A stretch of DNA of 63,889 nucleotides, the filler included, from Hyphochytrium catenoides (taxonomy: Eukaryota > Protista > Hyphochytriomycota), in assembly GCA_900088475.1 (NCBI GenBank). It is 7 parts of 7 records of this genome, joined end to end, with 100 filler letters (N's around TTAATTAATTAA, not from the genome) between each part and the next. Parts side by side here need not be neighbours in the genome. Positions count along the whole stretch, not along the records: positions 1 to 23,429 come from FLMG01000508.1; 6 more parts are not named here. One strand, written 5' to 3'. Shown here piece by piece: positions 1 through 14,120 of the stretch. Every line of letters starts with the position of its first letter. Positions within the stretch are counted from its first letter, which is position 1. The translations under genes and the position numbers were made by a program. The notes under the pieces were generated by a model. The model was not told where the DNA came from and did no database searches. It saw only the letters and a list, made by a program, of their open reading frames with translations.

Positions 1-195
1 CTTTCCCTTCACAGGGATAGTTCCATTCTTGCAATCCAAGATGGGGTTTCCTCCTCCTCCCGTGCTGCTGGCGTCCTGGCTCTGACTGTCTCCCGCGGCA
101 TTGAGGCTGTTGTTTGAGAAAGGACCAGTGTCGAAGTATTGACCAGCCACAAACAGACCACCCACCGTGCCCCCGATAGCCAGGATTACTGACGG

Positions 196-244
<49 letters not shown>

Positions 245-648
245 GAAGAGGAAAGGTAAGGGGAGCACACAATTGAGTGAATGTAACAACAGGAGTGAGC
301 CTTCATAGCTTTCATCCTTACGAGGCAATCAACAGCAAGACAGAGAGAAAATAGAGCCGGCTATTCAGCCTACCCTGGACAAGAGAGAGAGAGAGAGCAA
401 AGAGGAGAGAGAGACAGGGCCCAGAAACAGATAAAAGAGAGAGAGAGAGAGATATGAAAGAAAAAAGAAGAGACTCTGTAGACGAAAGAGACGAGAGGAA
501 GAAAAGAGAGCAAAAGAGGGGGAAAGAGAGAGAAAGAGGGAGAGAAAGAGAGAGAAAGAGAGAGAAGACAGAAGCACTTACGGAAAGGGATTATCGGCCA
601 CCAATGGCAGCCACCAGAGCCAGCAGCAGGTTTGGCTGCAGCTCTCAT
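1..648 (-). CDS. Hypothetical protein with an N-terminal signal anchor/TM helix (first two exons; runs off the window edge)
   Basis: ATG at 648 gives MRAAAKPAAGSGGCHWWPIIPF, then donor C|GTAAGT (~581). Acceptor CAG| (~189) continues in frame as LILAIGGTVGGLFVAGQYFDTGPFSNNSLNAAGDSQSQDASSTGGGGNPILDCKNGTIPVKGK, open to base 1. No family recognised. Confidence 0.6.
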
Positions 649-2193
649 GGCTTTGGAAATAGAAGGAGAAAGAGACCAAATACAGAAGAAAAAGAGATGC
701 GAAGAAGCTTCTCTCTCGAGCTCTCCTGAGCTTCCAATGAGAAAGTTCGGCTGAGAGAGAGAAAGAAAGAGAGGAGAAGAGACAGACAAGAGGGAAGAAA
801 AAGAGATTATTGCGTCTCTTTCTTCAGACAATGAGGAGACGAAGGTTCTTCTTCGTGCAGCCGGCGGTCGGTCAGGCTCGGGTTGCGGCACAGCTAAGAA
901 GCGTAGCAGGAAGGGGAGGACACTGAATGAGGGAGTGCGAAAAGAGAGAGAAAGAGAGCTAGAGAGAGAGAGAACACGCGCGGGAGAGAGAGAGAGCCAG
1001 CGAGAGAGAGAAAGGGAGAGAGAGAGAGAAAGAGAACGAGAGAAGCAGACCCATGAAAAGCAGCGGAGAGGGTTATAAGCTAACGTGGAGAGCGCGTAGC
1101 AAGAGAAAGAGCCAGTAGAGAGGAAAAGAGGAGAGAGAGACACGAGAGAGAGAAAGAGAGGAGAGACAGAACAGAGAGTGTGAGAGAGAGACAGAAATAG
1201 AGGGAAGTGGAGGGAGAGAGGACCGAGAGCAAAGAGAGAGGTAAAAGAGATAGAAAGAGCGAGAGAGAGAAAGAGAGAAAGGGAGAGAGAGAAAGGGGAA
1301 GACAAAGAGAAAGAGAGAGAGAGAGGAGAAAGAGAAAGAGTGAGAAAGAGAGAAGAAAGAGAAAGAGAGAGAAAACCAACCCCACTTCCAGTGCGTTCCT
1401 TCTAGTGGCCAGGTCCTCAGAGAGCCAGAGGGCCAAAGGGGCCACAGACATGAGAGAGAGACAGAACATGAAAGATTCAGGAATATGAAAGCTTCCAAGG
1501 CTGATGTATAAGACCATAATACTCTTAGGTTTATTTCTTGAAGTGCTTAATGTTTCCTTTTCCACTGAGAAGTGAAGAAACGCCCCACTCCACACTTGAA
1601 GCTGCACCCACTGTGTTTAGATTCGTAAGCCGGTCCTTAACCCAAGTCTTTCTCCTCCCAATCTAATTATTCAGAATAGTATTGATAAAATCTAATATTA
1701 TTCCTAGAGCTACACCATTTTATCGTTAATTTTGTGATCACCTCCAAATTTACCCGAGTCATTATCCGAGCTACTGACTTGGGTGGGGTTTCTTTCTTGA
1801 CTTATGCCGGTGCATGATGCACCAACAGGAAAAAGGCTACACAAGGGTCACAACCATGATTGATAATCAATAGCTGAAGAACCTGTGATTTACTGGATGA
1901 TTACTAGATTATAAAACCAGACGGCGCCTCAATCGGCAAAATACAGAGATTTTGAATTTCAGAGATTTGGGACGAAGATTTGGCAGGATTATTATCGCCT
2001 CTTGCGTCCTCCGGCCCAACCTCCTTTTGCCTTCTTCTACCTCAAGGTGATCTCAGTTCCGTGATCTTCTCCAAGAACCCCTAAATGGGGTCTTTCTTCG
2101 TCAGAGGTCCTGGATGGTTCCACATGAGGCAGAATAGGTCGTGTCGCTATTTCTTCTCTCTTATCTGAAAAGGCTTCCAGGAAAGAGTTCGTC

Positions 2194-3621
2194 CTATGAG
2201 CCGAACATGTCTGTCTCCTCTATGCGCTTGAAACTATACGCTCCTCTGCCGTCGAAGCTTAGGACATATTCGTGGTACTTCCAGAGACTCTTGCGATGGC
2301 TCACAGTGAAGAGAGTGATGTTCTCTTTCCGGCAGTGAGAGTACATCAGGCTGGCCCAGCAGACGGGAGAGCGTCAATAACCGGAGGGTAGACAAACAGA
2401 GGAGAGAGCGACGGATGCTTATAGAGAGGAAAAGGGTGGGATAAAGGAACCAAAGAGCGAACGAGAAGAGAGACAGACAAAGACAGAGAGAACCTCACCC
2501 CTCAACATCCACTGAGACAGCCGAAGTACATTCATCAAGAATGGCAAATTGAGGCTTGTGATAGAAGAGACGAGCCATAGCGACGCGCTGCTTCTCTCCT
2601 GGAGAGAGAGAGAGCGAGAGAGAACGAAAGAGATACCGAGGGGCCATAAGCAAACAGAAAGAGCAGTCAGCGAAGTGCTGAGCTTTCGAGAGGACCAGAA
2701 AAAGAGTATGCACTGGTGATGCGCAGAAAGAGACAGAGAGAGAGAGGGTACTATGGAAAATAGAGCCCCGCCAAACACTCACAGCCAAGGAAGGACAGAG
2801 AGAGAGAGAGAGAGGGGGACGGAGACAGAGAGAAAGAACATGGGCTAAAGCTATAAAGGATACAACCAACGCATAGTCAAATAAGAGAGAAGTTTCCCTT
2901 CTTTCTCTTACTCACCGCCACTCAAGACGTCCGCCCAGTCAGAGATGGCGTCCCATCCTCCTTCTCTCTCCACCAGATAGCCCAGCTTCACCTGAGAAAA
3001 AGAGAGAGATCAGAGTCAGCCGGACAAAGAGAGAGAGAGAAAGAAAGAGAAGAGAGAGAGAGGTATCGGCGGCAAGGGGGTAACAAGTGGTACCAAAGGA
3101 TGACAAGTGGAACGAAATGTATGCGCTTGAGAAAACAAAATGCACTCCTTTATCGGTAGAAACTCTCTCTCTCTTCGCGCCCTCACTCTCTTTCTCAGTC
3201 TCTTTCATCTTCTCCCACACACTTCCCTACCTTCTCCAGAAGCTCCATAAGGTCGTCATCTGTCATCTTTGCGGCCATCATCTCTTCTTTGGAGTGCGGA
3301 TATAGAATTTGATCTCGCAAGGAACCTTTGAAAGGGAGAGAGGGAAGAGAGAGAGAGAGAGAGAGAAAGGGAGTCATTATCTTATCTCTCTTCTCCCTTG
3401 AACACCTCTGCCCTTGAAGCAGGTTAATTCTCAGTTCTCTGCTGCTCCTTTGCTTAGATCTCCGCTCCCTCACCGTTAATCTCTCTCTCTCTCCTCGTTG
3501 TCTTCAACGTCCCCTTTTAGCGCCCCCTTCCCTTTCTCTTTTCCTCCATGTCTCCCCTTTCTCTTTGTCTTCTTGTCTGCTTCCTCCTCCCTTCTTAACT
3601 CTCTCTTTCTTTCCATCTTTC

Positions 3622-3661
<40 letters not shown>

Positions 3662-4231
3662 GCTACTGACCTAGAGTGAGATACGGTCTCTGCGGGATAT
3701 AAAAGAGTTTGTCGGTGGGCGGCTTGGTCAGAATGCCGCCGAAGAGAGGCCAAAGACCTCCCAAAGTCCGGAAGAGAGAACTCTTTCCACATCCATTTGG
3801 ACCGCAAACCAGTACATTCATTCCCGACTCCACCTAGAGAGAGAGAGAGAGAAGAGAGAAAGAAAGAGTTAGACAAGCGATAGAACAGAAAGAGCGCAAA
3901 AACAGAGAAGAGAGGAGGTCACCGGATGGAGAGAGAGAGGAAGGGAGAGAGAAGAAAGACAAAAAGCGAGATAAGGAGAGAGAGGACAGTGTGCCAATTG
4001 GGGCTGAACCCTCGTGTATAGAGAGAAGAAAGAAAAAGGGAGAGGAAAAGGGGCAAAGAGAGAGAGAGAGAGAGAAGGGGGTTGGGGGGAGAGAGGGAAG
4101 GTATCGAGAGAGAGAGAGAGCTGAGCAGAACCTAATGAGAGAGAGAGTATCAAAACTGAAGAAGATAAAGTGGTGCCAAGGGACTTAGGAAGAGCAGAAC
4201 CACACAGGGCGAGGGAAGAACAAAGAGAGAC

Positions 4232-4266
<35 letters not shown>

Positions 4267-4895
4267 GTGGCTACGACCTTAAAGGATATGGAGGGGACGA
4301 GGACATCTCCATTGGGAGTGACGAGAGGCACCGCCTTGAACTGGATCAGGTTGTCTTTCTCCACCACTTTCCCAGCGTTGGGGCTGATCTTTGGCGGGGA
4401 AGAGGAGAGAGAAGAAGAGGAAGACTCTGGAGCTGGTAGCTCCTTTGGAGTCTCTGACACCATTGTGCGCTTGTACTCTCCCCTACAAGAAACAAAGAGA
4501 GACAGGAAAAGGGGGCCAAGAGAGAAAGGGAGAAAGTCGGTGGAGAGAGAGAGAGAGAGAGAGACAAATGGAACAGAGTTATCATCTCGCTCGAGGCCTC
4601 GTCTTCGTGCACCTTCAGTACTCAATAGTGAGTTCGAGTGGAGGAAGAGAGAGCGACAGAGAGAGACACACACATACACACATAACGAGAGAGAGGGAGA
4701 GAGAGAGAAAGAGTGAGAGAGAGAGAGAGAAAAAAGATTCTAAATGATTGGCGGCAATCGCACTTGTTTAGTTCGTCAATGACTGTCATCAGCTCGGTCA
4801 CCCGCGCTGTGAATCCTGCCAATCGCGTCAGCTCTCTTCCAGCCAACACCAGGCGACCCATGGCTTGTGCCAGATTCATCATCTAAGGAGAGAGA

Positions 4896-4947
<52 letters not shown>

Positions 4948-5761
4948 TAGCAGAAAGACAAAATAGAGACAAATAGAAACACGACCCTGAGTTGGCCAAA
5001 GAGGAGAAACGACAAAAAATAAAGGGACTGTCAGGCATACAGGCGAACAGAAGAGAAAAATGCGAGACAGAGAGAGAAGCCACGGTGGTCGTCTGCCACG
5101 CTATCCGCACATGTACACAAGCAATGCAGCAGATCTTCTTAGGAGTAATGAGAGAAAGACACGGCGACGGGAAAAGAAAGAGAGAGAGAGAGAGAGACAT
5201 ATAAAGAAAGAGACAGAGTCACTGGGCTCATCACTTACCATTCTCCCAGATCTAAAGTAATCTTCCATAATTTCCGCGGGAGAGCTGTTGAGGTGCCGCG
5301 GGTGGGAGAGATCCAGGAAAGGACGTGACACAACGAGATAGCCCACGACTGTCGCGAAGTACTGGAGAAACAAGGGAGGACGGGCGCAGAGAGAAAGAGA
5401 GAGAGAGACACAGGAAGAATGGGTAAGAGAGAAAGAAAAGTTGGTATAGAAAAAAGAGAAACAGAGACCTTTTTGTGAAGGGATTGAGAGGAGGTGGGTC
5501 GGAAAGAGGAAAGGAGAAGAAAAGGACAGAGAACCAGGAAAGTAGGATCCCTTAACAGGACAGAAGAGAAAAGAGAGAGAGAGAGAGAGAGAGAGAGTGG
5601 AGCAGAAAGCATGAGGTATAAGGGCATCTTGCGAGTGAAAGGGATGCGGAGTGCGAGAGACCCGGAATCGGAAGGGAAAGGAGAGGAAGCGAGAGATGTG
5701 AGAGAAAGGACTAGTGAGACCCAGGAAAGAATAAAAAGAGGCACGAGATAAACGAGAGGAG

Positions 5762-5805
<44 letters not shown>

Positions 5806-6320
5806 GAGAGACCTTGGCCACGATGTTGTCGATGATGGCCATTGAGTATCTAAATTGCTGGGACTGCCGCACGACACGGACCAAGCGTTGGAAAGAGTCT
5901 TTCAAGACAGAGCTTTCTTTGTGGTTCCCATGGTAGAACGCAACCTACACCCACAGAACACAGAACGAGAGAGAGAGAGAGACAGACAGAAAGAAAGAGG
6001 AGAAAATGAATAGAGAGAAATTGTGAAGACAGAGTCAGGGTCCTCTAGGGCGTATTCAAACGAGCGACTGCGGTTCTTCAGGAGAGAGAAAGCGCAATGG
6101 CAAGGAAGAGAGTAAAGCTATTTAACTTACCTCCTCGCTGTTGGTGATGAGCCTCGAGTTAACGTATCTAAAAAAAAAAGAGAGAGAGAGAGATACAGAG
6201 AGTGAGAGAGAGAGAGTTAAACTATAAGTCGAACAAACATTAAAATCACACGGTAGTTAAATAACGGGCTGAAGGACAAACCCTATCTCCACACACCGAC
6301 ACATGCACATACACCGCCTG

Positions 6321-6357
<37 letters not shown>

Positions 6358-6382
6358 TTTTTTCTTTCATCCTTTCCGCTTA

Positions 6383-6427
<45 letters not shown>

Positions 6428-6594
6428 CTCTAACCTAAAGTTGCCCTCAAGCTTCTGTTCATTGACAGTGAACTTTCCCGTGGGCTGGCGAAGGAGAGTG
6501 AGGAAGAATCCTATGCACAAGAGACAAAGTATATGTGTTATCCAAAGCGACAAGAGGAATAGCGAGAGGAGGAATGAGGAAGAGAGAGAACCAC

Positions 6595-6625
<31 letters not shown>

Positions 6626-7574
6626 CACAAAGCACTTACCGCTTCCGATCAAGTAGGATAACATTGTCACTGGACCTTGCGCACCTGTAAGGAAATAAAG
6701 ATGTGGCAAAAGCCAGAGGTGAAATCATCCGTTTACTTTGGNNNNNNNNNNNNNNNNNNNNNNNNNNNNNNNNNNNNNNNNNNNNNNNNNNNNNNNNNNN
6801 NNNNNNNNNNNNNNNNNNNNNNNNNNNNNNNNNNNNNNNNNNNNNNNNNNNNNNGCGTGAGTAGATCACAATGTCCAAGAGAGGCTTGGTCACGTTGGAA
6901 TAAAGATCGGACACCGATGTGCAGAACCGCTCCACATCTTGAGTCAACAACTAGACAAAGAGACAGTGGGGAAGAGAGAGAGAAAGAGGAGAGAGCGAGA
7001 GAGGAAAGAGTGAAAGAGAGGAGAACTTTAAGAATGGCTTACAATAAGGACGCAACGGAAAGAGAGGCGAGAGGAAGAGAGAACAGAGAAAGAGAGAAAG
7101 AGAGGACAGAGAAAGGAGAAAGAGAGAAAAGGAAAACACAGAGAGAAGAAGGGCAAGAGCAACGAGAGACAGTTGACAAAGGTGCCCATGTCACTGACTA
7201 GAGAACTTTGACGAGAGACTAGCGCAAGGACGTAAGAGAAAAGGAAAGGGAAGCCTCTCCCTTTCCGTATCAAGGACTAGAGAAGAGAGAAGAGAAAGGA
7301 ACAGAGAGAGAGAGATAAAAAAAGGAAAAAAGACGAGAGAGAGAGAGAGAGAGATCCCTCTAGAGATAGATGGATATTCACCTGGTCAGCGTTCGTGATT
7401 CTGTTGTCCAGATTGGAGATGCGATAGTAGGTGAAGCCCTAGGAGATGCAAAGGAAGAGAATCAGTGGACGGGAGAGAAGACATGAGATGGGGGAACAAA
7501 GAGAGAGAGACGACGTGCAAGAGGGAAGAGAGAGAGGACTCGCAAGAGAGAAGAGAGAGAAAGAGTGAGTGAGC

Positions 7575-7605
<31 letters not shown>

Positions 7606-8466
7606 AGCAAGGGGCAGAAGCGAGATCACAGGAAAGGCCGAAACTTCTAAACAGAGAGAATCATAGAAAGAGTTCTCCCAACAAAGAAAAGGAAGAGAGA
7701 GAGACAGCCAATCCCAGCAAGCAAAACCAAATTGGATCCAAGAAACATGGAAGAGGGAAACGAAGAACCAGACAAAGAGAGACATCAACCAACAGCTCAT
7801 GTATCACGCCCCAATCTACAGGGAAGAAGGGCGAGGAGGAAGAGAGAGAAGAGAGGGAGAGGGAAAGAGAGAGAGAGGAAACAAGAGATAGAGACCGACA
7901 GAGAGAGACCGTACAGAGAGAGAGAGAAAGACCGAAAAAGAGAGAGAGAGAGAGAGAGAAACAAAGAAGAAGGATCTACCTGCAGGTATCTGTCATAGAG
8001 ATACTTCGTCAGTCTCGTCCTGAACCTGAGGGCGAGCTCGAACTGTCCGTATTTCAGAAGAGAATTCACGCAAGAGACAGGAACCATCGCCAGCNNNNNN
8101 NNNNNNNNNNNNNNNNNNNNNNNNNNNNNNNNNNNNNNNNNNNNNNNNNNNNNNNNNNNNNNNNNNNNNNNNNNNNNNNNNNNNNNNNNNNNNNNNNNNN
8201 GATAGAGAGAGAGAGGGAACCATAGAAGCAGAAGAGAGAAGAGGAGCGACAAGGCCATATGAATGATTTGCGAGATCATAGACGTGAAAAGCAAGAGAAG
8301 GTTCTAAGAAGAGAGAGAGAGAGAGGGAATAATGTTCACGCGGGAGAGACAGAGACCACACGTGAACTGGATTCAAAGTTGGGACAGGAGCCAGTCGTCT
8401 GTCTGCTGTTCAGAAGAGGAGAGAAAAGAGAGATACAGGACGGACAGACACTAACGGGACGCAGAG

Positions 8467-8539
<73 letters not shown>

Positions 8540-9698
8540 ACATGACCCAGTCGTCTGTCTGCTTCTCAGAAGTGGAGAGACAGACGAGATACGGGACGGA
8601 CAGACACTAAGGGGACGCATAGAAGAGACAGCGGGACAAAAAGAGAGAGAAAGAGAGAGGAAGAGAGAAGAAAGAGAGAGAGATTGCAGAGTGACCGCCG
8701 CTTACATGGCTCTCTCAATAGAGGTGGTGACCTGTAGGATGAGGATGTCGAAATAGGTTCGAGAGACGAGCAGAAGAGCCACCAGCGCCGCGAAAGCTGC
8801 TTCAGGAGTGAAAGGCCCAGGGAGAATGATCCGAAGGAGACGGACCAGTTGTCCGTAGAAGTGCTAACGGCGAGAAGAGNNNNNNNNNNNNNNNNNNNNN
8901 NNNNNNNNNNNNNGAGAGAGAGAGAGAGAGAAAGAGAGAGAGTGAGTGGAGAGGAAGAGGAGGAGGGAGAGAAAGTTGGGAGAAAAAGTTGAAGCGTGAG
9001 ATGCGTGACGGGACAGGAAAAAAGAGAAGCCAGCCAACACGAGGAGGAAAGAACAGGCGAAGACAAAGAAGGAGAGAGAGAGAAAGAAAGAGAGAGATCA
9101 GCTAAACTTATTAGTGCTTCCCCTATATCGTGGATGATGATCTCACCCTGTCTACGGCCACTTTTTTGGAAGAGCTCTTTTTGGGTTTGATGTACGCGGA
9201 CACCTGGGAACTGCTCTCCGCTCGGTCCGTGCCCCACTTCCGGACATAGAGAGAGACAGCGACCTGGCCGCAAGAGAGAGATGGAAGAGAGAGAGAGGAG
9301 GAGGAGAGAGAGGAGAGAGAGAGAGGAGAGAAGAGAGAGAGGGAGAGAGGGAAAGAGAGAGGGAGAGAGAGAGAGAAAGAGGGAGAGAAAGAGGGAGAGA
9401 AGAGAGGAAAGGGAGAGAAAGAGAAAGAGGCAGATTGGGGAGTGGGACGGAAGGGTTAATATAAATCTGTCTCGAGGTAGAGAGCGCATTTAACGAGAAA
9501 GAGAGAGCAGAGGCCCTTCTAGGGGAACAAAGAGATACGACCCTACAAGATTACTAGGAGAAAAAGAGAGAGATAGAGTTAAGGAGAGAGTGAACGGAAG
9601 AGAGATGTGGGGAGAGGAAGGGGACAGACCAAACTGGTTGCAAATGTTGCCACGGCAACATTTCTGCGTCCTAGGAACTTGCTGAAAGCGCCAGGCAT
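2194..9698 (-). CDS. ABCD3: Peroxisomal ABC half-transporter, subfamily D (PMP70/ABCD3-like); at least 18 exons, two partly in N gaps
   Basis: Spliced translation: N-terminus MPGAFSKFL; [28 protein letters not shown]; EAA-like [18 protein letters not shown]; [20 protein letters not shown]; Walker [10 protein letters not shown]; LFYIPQRPY; signature [17 protein letters not shown]; Walker [11 protein letters not shown]; C-terminus MFGS* (TAG 2194-2196). All readable junctions are GT-AG. Confidence 0.95.
8391..8626. repeat. Two diverged ~80-bp direct repeats separated by a (GA)n tract, inside an ABCD3 intron
   Basis: Copies at 8391-8470 and 8547-8626 share ccagtcgtctgtctgc...gagatac(a/g)ggacggacagacactaa(c/g)gggacgca(g/t)agaagag. 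Confidence 0.9.
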
Positions 9699-10404
9699 GA
9701 TGTCTCTTCAATCGCCCGCTCAAGAGGGAGCTCACTAGGCAGGTGTTCGCGAGGGAGAGAGACACTTACAGGCAAGACAAAGAGAGAGAAGGAGAAGAGA
9801 GAGCTTGCACTAACAACCACTTCCTGGATGATGGTGCCAGCGCAGGGCCAAGATAGTAGGAGAGCTCACTGGTGTCGCCTCCACCTCTACGAGCAAGCGA
9901 AAGAGAGAGTGAAGGAAGGGGGAATCAGCCTTTTGGAGAAAAGGAAGATGTAACCAAGCAGACCGGTTGACAAAAAGGGAGAGGGAGAGAGAGACAGAGA
10001 GAGAGAGAGAGAGACAAAGAGAGAGAGAGAGAGAAAAAGAGAGAGAGAGAGGAGAGCCCATCGACTGTGTTCACGGCCTTTTCAGAACCAAGATCTGGAG
10101 AGGAAGTTGAAGCCCCTCTCTGTCCGCCGAAATTATTAGCCTCGGTTTCCCACAGCATTACATCGGCTTATCCTTCCCTCGCCTGCCCAAACGAGACTCG
10201 AAAATAACAGCGGGACGGAAAATCAGTTCTTTTATAAAGATCACTAAAGTGGTTCTCAAGGAAGTGATTATTGATTAGTTGATAACCACTCAACAATAGT
10301 ATCGTTTTAGTAATCGTTGTATGATTCTAGTGTTCAATGTAACGGTAGCGTGAAGAAACAGTAGTCAGGTTCCAGACGCAAGGGAGGAAGAGAGGAGGAG
10401 AGTT

Positions 10405-10483
<79 letters not shown>

Positions 10484-11038
10484 GAGAAGAGGGGGAGAGA
10501 GGAAGCGGACAAAGAGACGACGCACACAGCAGCAGAGGAGGAAAGAGTGATGATAGTAGGGTAAGAACAATAAAGCTGACAGAGAAAAAGAGGAAGAGAG
10601 AGAGAGGAGGCGGCAGTCTCTTTTTCTCTACTCCCTTGAACCATCTCTTCTCTCCTGTTGAGCATAACCCGTGCTTCTCTCTCCTGACTTCCTTTAATCA
10701 GCTGTTGTTGCTATGCCAGCTGTTTCACGCTTCTCCCTTCTCTCTTCCTCATGCTCTTTCCCTATTCGCCTCCCTCTGTCTCTGTCTTTTTACTCTCTCT
10801 GCTGAGTAACTCACTCGCGGGGGTCCTGCTATGGCGTTTGCTCTCTCTTTCCCATCCTCTTCTCTCTTCCAGTCTGCGTCTTTGTCAACAAACACGTCCT
10901 ATGTGCGCCTGCACATCAACGTTCTCTCCCGGTATCCTCTCTCTCTACCCCTCTCTCTCTTTTTCTCACTCTTTCTCTCTCTTTTTCTCACTCTTGTTCT
11001 CTCTTTTTATTCCTGTCTTTCTCTCTCTCTCTCGCTCT

Positions 11039-11119
<81 letters not shown>

Positions 11120-11818
11120 TTTGCCCTCTCTTTTCGTCGTCCTTCCCGTTTCCTCCGTTTGACCGCGGTTGCAGTACCCACGCTGCTCTAGCGACCATAA
11201 ACAGGGTGATTGACCTCTCTCGTTCTCTCGCTAGTGCTCTCTCTCTCTCTCTCTCCCCCCCTCTCTCCCCCTCTCTCTCCCTCTCTCTCTCTTTCAATCT
11301 CTTCTGTCTTCCTCTCTTGAACTTCTCCTCCTTTCCTATTTATCTCTTCTCCCCTCCCAGAGATCCCCATCCTCAGCACCTGCAGTCTTCGCTGTCGTGG
11401 CGTCATTTGCTCGTTCTCTCTCTGTCTTCAATCTCTCCACTCTCTCTTTCTCACTTCTCTCTTCCGAAATCCGTGCCGTCTCGTCCTCTACCTTGGGAGA
11501 CTGACCAGCAAATAGAGAAGAAAGAGAGATAGTACCGCGCGCGAGACAAGGCATGTAGAGAGAGAGAGTAAGAGAAAAAGAGAGACCACCTGTGCGTCTG
11601 CAGACGTGAAGCTCAGCAACAAGACAAGGGAGATCCAAAGGGAAGTACTGACCTGTTGAGCTCAAAGCTGTGGAATGCTCTCATACACTTCTTGAGAGTC
11701 TCCCTCTCTCTCTCTCTCTTCCTCTCTCTCCCTCTTTTTCTCTCTCTCTCTTCTCCCCTTCTCTCTCCCCTCTCTCTCTCTTTTCACTCTCCCCCCCTTC
11801 CCCAGACGTACAGCAACA

Positions 11819-12730
11819 ATGCCCAAGCGGTCAAGACCTTTGTCGCCCATTCCCGAGGAAGCTTGCGCTCCTTCTCTCCCTTACTCTGATCCTCTCTCTT
11901 CTCTCGAACGACCTCCCAGAACGAGGTCAAAAGAGAGGAAAACAGACAGTCTCTCTTCTTCCACTAGCCGAGAACGAGAGAGAGAGGAAGAGAGACGTCA
12001 TCGTGTCTCTCTCTCTTCCGTTAACCTTGGTAGTATAGAGGAGGGAGAGAGGAGGAACGGGGAAGAAAGCTATGAATTGACAGGAGCGAGAGGGAGAGAC
12101 TTTTCTCTCTCTGCTGCAATCCATCCCTCTCTCTCTCTTTCTGATCCTTCGCTCCCTGTCTCTGCTTCTGACTCTGGTATCCCTGGACTCCTCATGCTCA
12201 AAGTCCATCCTCCTGCAAGGAAAGGAGAAGAGAGAGAAGAAGAGAGAGACACACAATCGCTAGAAGAAGGCAGAGGTGGCGGAGGGAGAGAGAAACCATT
12301 CCCTCCTCCTCTTCCAAAAATTGTCTCTCTCTCCCCCGAGCTCTCTCTCTCCGATCCTCGTGTCGACCTGGTTCGTGGTTATCTGGAAAAGAGACTGAAG
12401 AGACAGAACGAGATGGGAGCAGGAGGGAAGAGAGTGAGCTATGACAAGAGAAGATTTGCTAGAGCAAGAGTCTCTCTCTCTTCCTCTGCTTTTGAGACCG
12501 AGCTTCGAAAGCAGCAGACAAGGCGCACTCTTCTCTGCCTCTCTCTTCTCTTCCTCTTTCTCATTGCTCTTATCACTCTTCTCTCTCTTGCTCTTCTCTC
12601 GGATTTCTTTCACCCTGGAAAGCCTTCAGAACAGCCTTCCCCCTCTTCTTCTTCCGCTCAGGTTCCATCTCTCTCTCCCACAACTTCTCCCCTTCTCTCT
12701 CCTGCCAGAAATCAGAGCCTCTCTCTGTAA
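11819..12730 (+). CDS. Hypothetical low-complexity protein with one hydrophobic helix near the C-terminus
   Basis: 303-aa ORF just after a pyrimidine tract and CCCAG acceptor (~11805). Not purely microsatellite-derived. Basic stretch RKQQTRR is followed by LLCLSLLFLFLIALITLLSLALL. No homology recognised. Confidence 0.45.
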   Translation: MPKRSRPLSPIPEEACAPSLPYSDPLSSLERPPRTRSKERKTDSLSSSTSREREREEERRHRVSLSSVNLGSIEEGERRNGEESYELTGARGRDFSLSAAIHPSLSLSDPSLPVSASDSGIPGLLMLKVHPPARKGEEREEERDTQSLEEGRGGGGREKPFPPPLPKIVSLSPELSLSDPRVDLVRGYLEKRLKRQNEMGAGGKRVSYDKRRFARARVSLSSSAFETELRKQQTRRTLLCLSLLFLFLIALITLLSLALLSDFFHPGKPSEQPSPSSSSAQVPSLSPTTSPLLSPARNQSLSL

Positions 12731-13314
12731 AAGGCTTAACCTTTCCTCCTTTTGCCCTTTCCCTACGAGGAAATATATAGATAAGTTTAGCCATGACTCT
12801 CTCTCTCTCTCTCTCTCTCTCTTTACGTTAGGCTGGGCGTAAAGGATGAAGGGAAAGAGCAATGAGAGAAAGAAGAGTTTTGAAATAGAGATGCGAGGCC
12901 AGAGAGAGAGAGAGCCACAGAGAGAGGGTGAGAGAGGGAGAAAGAGAGAAGATAGGTAGCCCTCATCGCAGCGAGAAAAGCAAAGAGACAAAGCAGTTAA
13001 AATGGGAGGAGGGAAAACTTTATCTCTGTCAGAATGAGGAAGCTAAGAGAGAGAGGCCGTGAGGTTAGGCGAGGAACCAATAAGAAAATAAAGAGTCCTC
13101 GCTTTTCTTAGGCTTATTATTTTCCTTCCTTCCCGCTTCGAGACGAAGAGACAGCAGAGAGAGAGAGAGAGAGAAAGGAGGAGAGGGAAAGAGAAATTGG
13201 GGCTAAAAAAGCAGACGCTAAAGGGCGAGAACTGCCCGTTCGACAATAACTTATTATGACAGAAGGATGAGAGGTCTTCCTTTGTGGCTCTCTCTCTCCT
13301 TTTCTTTCTCTCTT

Positions 13315-13904
13315 TTATCGACGATAGCGTGGTCTCTTGAAGTTGAAATAGAGAGAAAGCACTCCTCTTTCGAAGACACTCTTGAACCCTCTCTTATGCG
13401 AATGCTCCCACTCGCGATTGACAATCTTAAAAGCAATATCTTCGTACGGAGGCCCAGCATGAAATCTGCAAAAAGATCAAATGAAGCTCGGTTAATATTG
13501 TGATCTATGCAGATGGAGATCCAGATGTGGAGATTATTGGATTTTCAGAGGCTTTAACTCACCGCAAGATGCAGAAATCTGGAGAATCCGCGGGCTCAAG
13601 GAAGAAGGTGGGTGTCTTGAACTTGTCAATGAGATCTGGGTAGAAGACATTGAACTTATATCCCTGGACAACCTTAGGTGGCGGGTTGTCGTGGTCATAG
13701 TGAGTCTGTGGGGAAAATGAGAGTTTGGGAAAGCCCGTCAGCAGTAGTGGGAGGAGGGAAAGAGAAAGAGAGACACACAAGAAACAGAGACAGAAATGGG
13801 GCATATCGTGAGACAGGCATAGGTGACATAAAGCCCCGCAGGTCGGCTGCCACGACCAAAGTGGCATAAACAGAGACGGAGAGAGAGTGAGAGAGAGAGA
13901 ATAG

Positions 13905-13960
<56 letters not shown>

Positions 13961-14072
13961 CGCAGAGAAGGGAGAGAGGAAATGACGGTCGAATTGGAGA
14001 ACAGAGCGACGACAGGGATCCAGAACTTAAAAAAAGAGAGATCAAAAAAGAGACACATACACACACACAAAG

Positions 14073-14120
<48 letters not shown>

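Noticed and set aside
366-385. Possible 1-nt micro-exon (CCAG|G|GTAGG on the minus strand)
   Set aside because: The flanking exons already join in frame without it.
1490-1650. MULE-transposase-like fragment on the minus strand (TWVKDRLTNLNTVGAASSVE)
   Set aside because: Too short and degenerate to support without a profile search.
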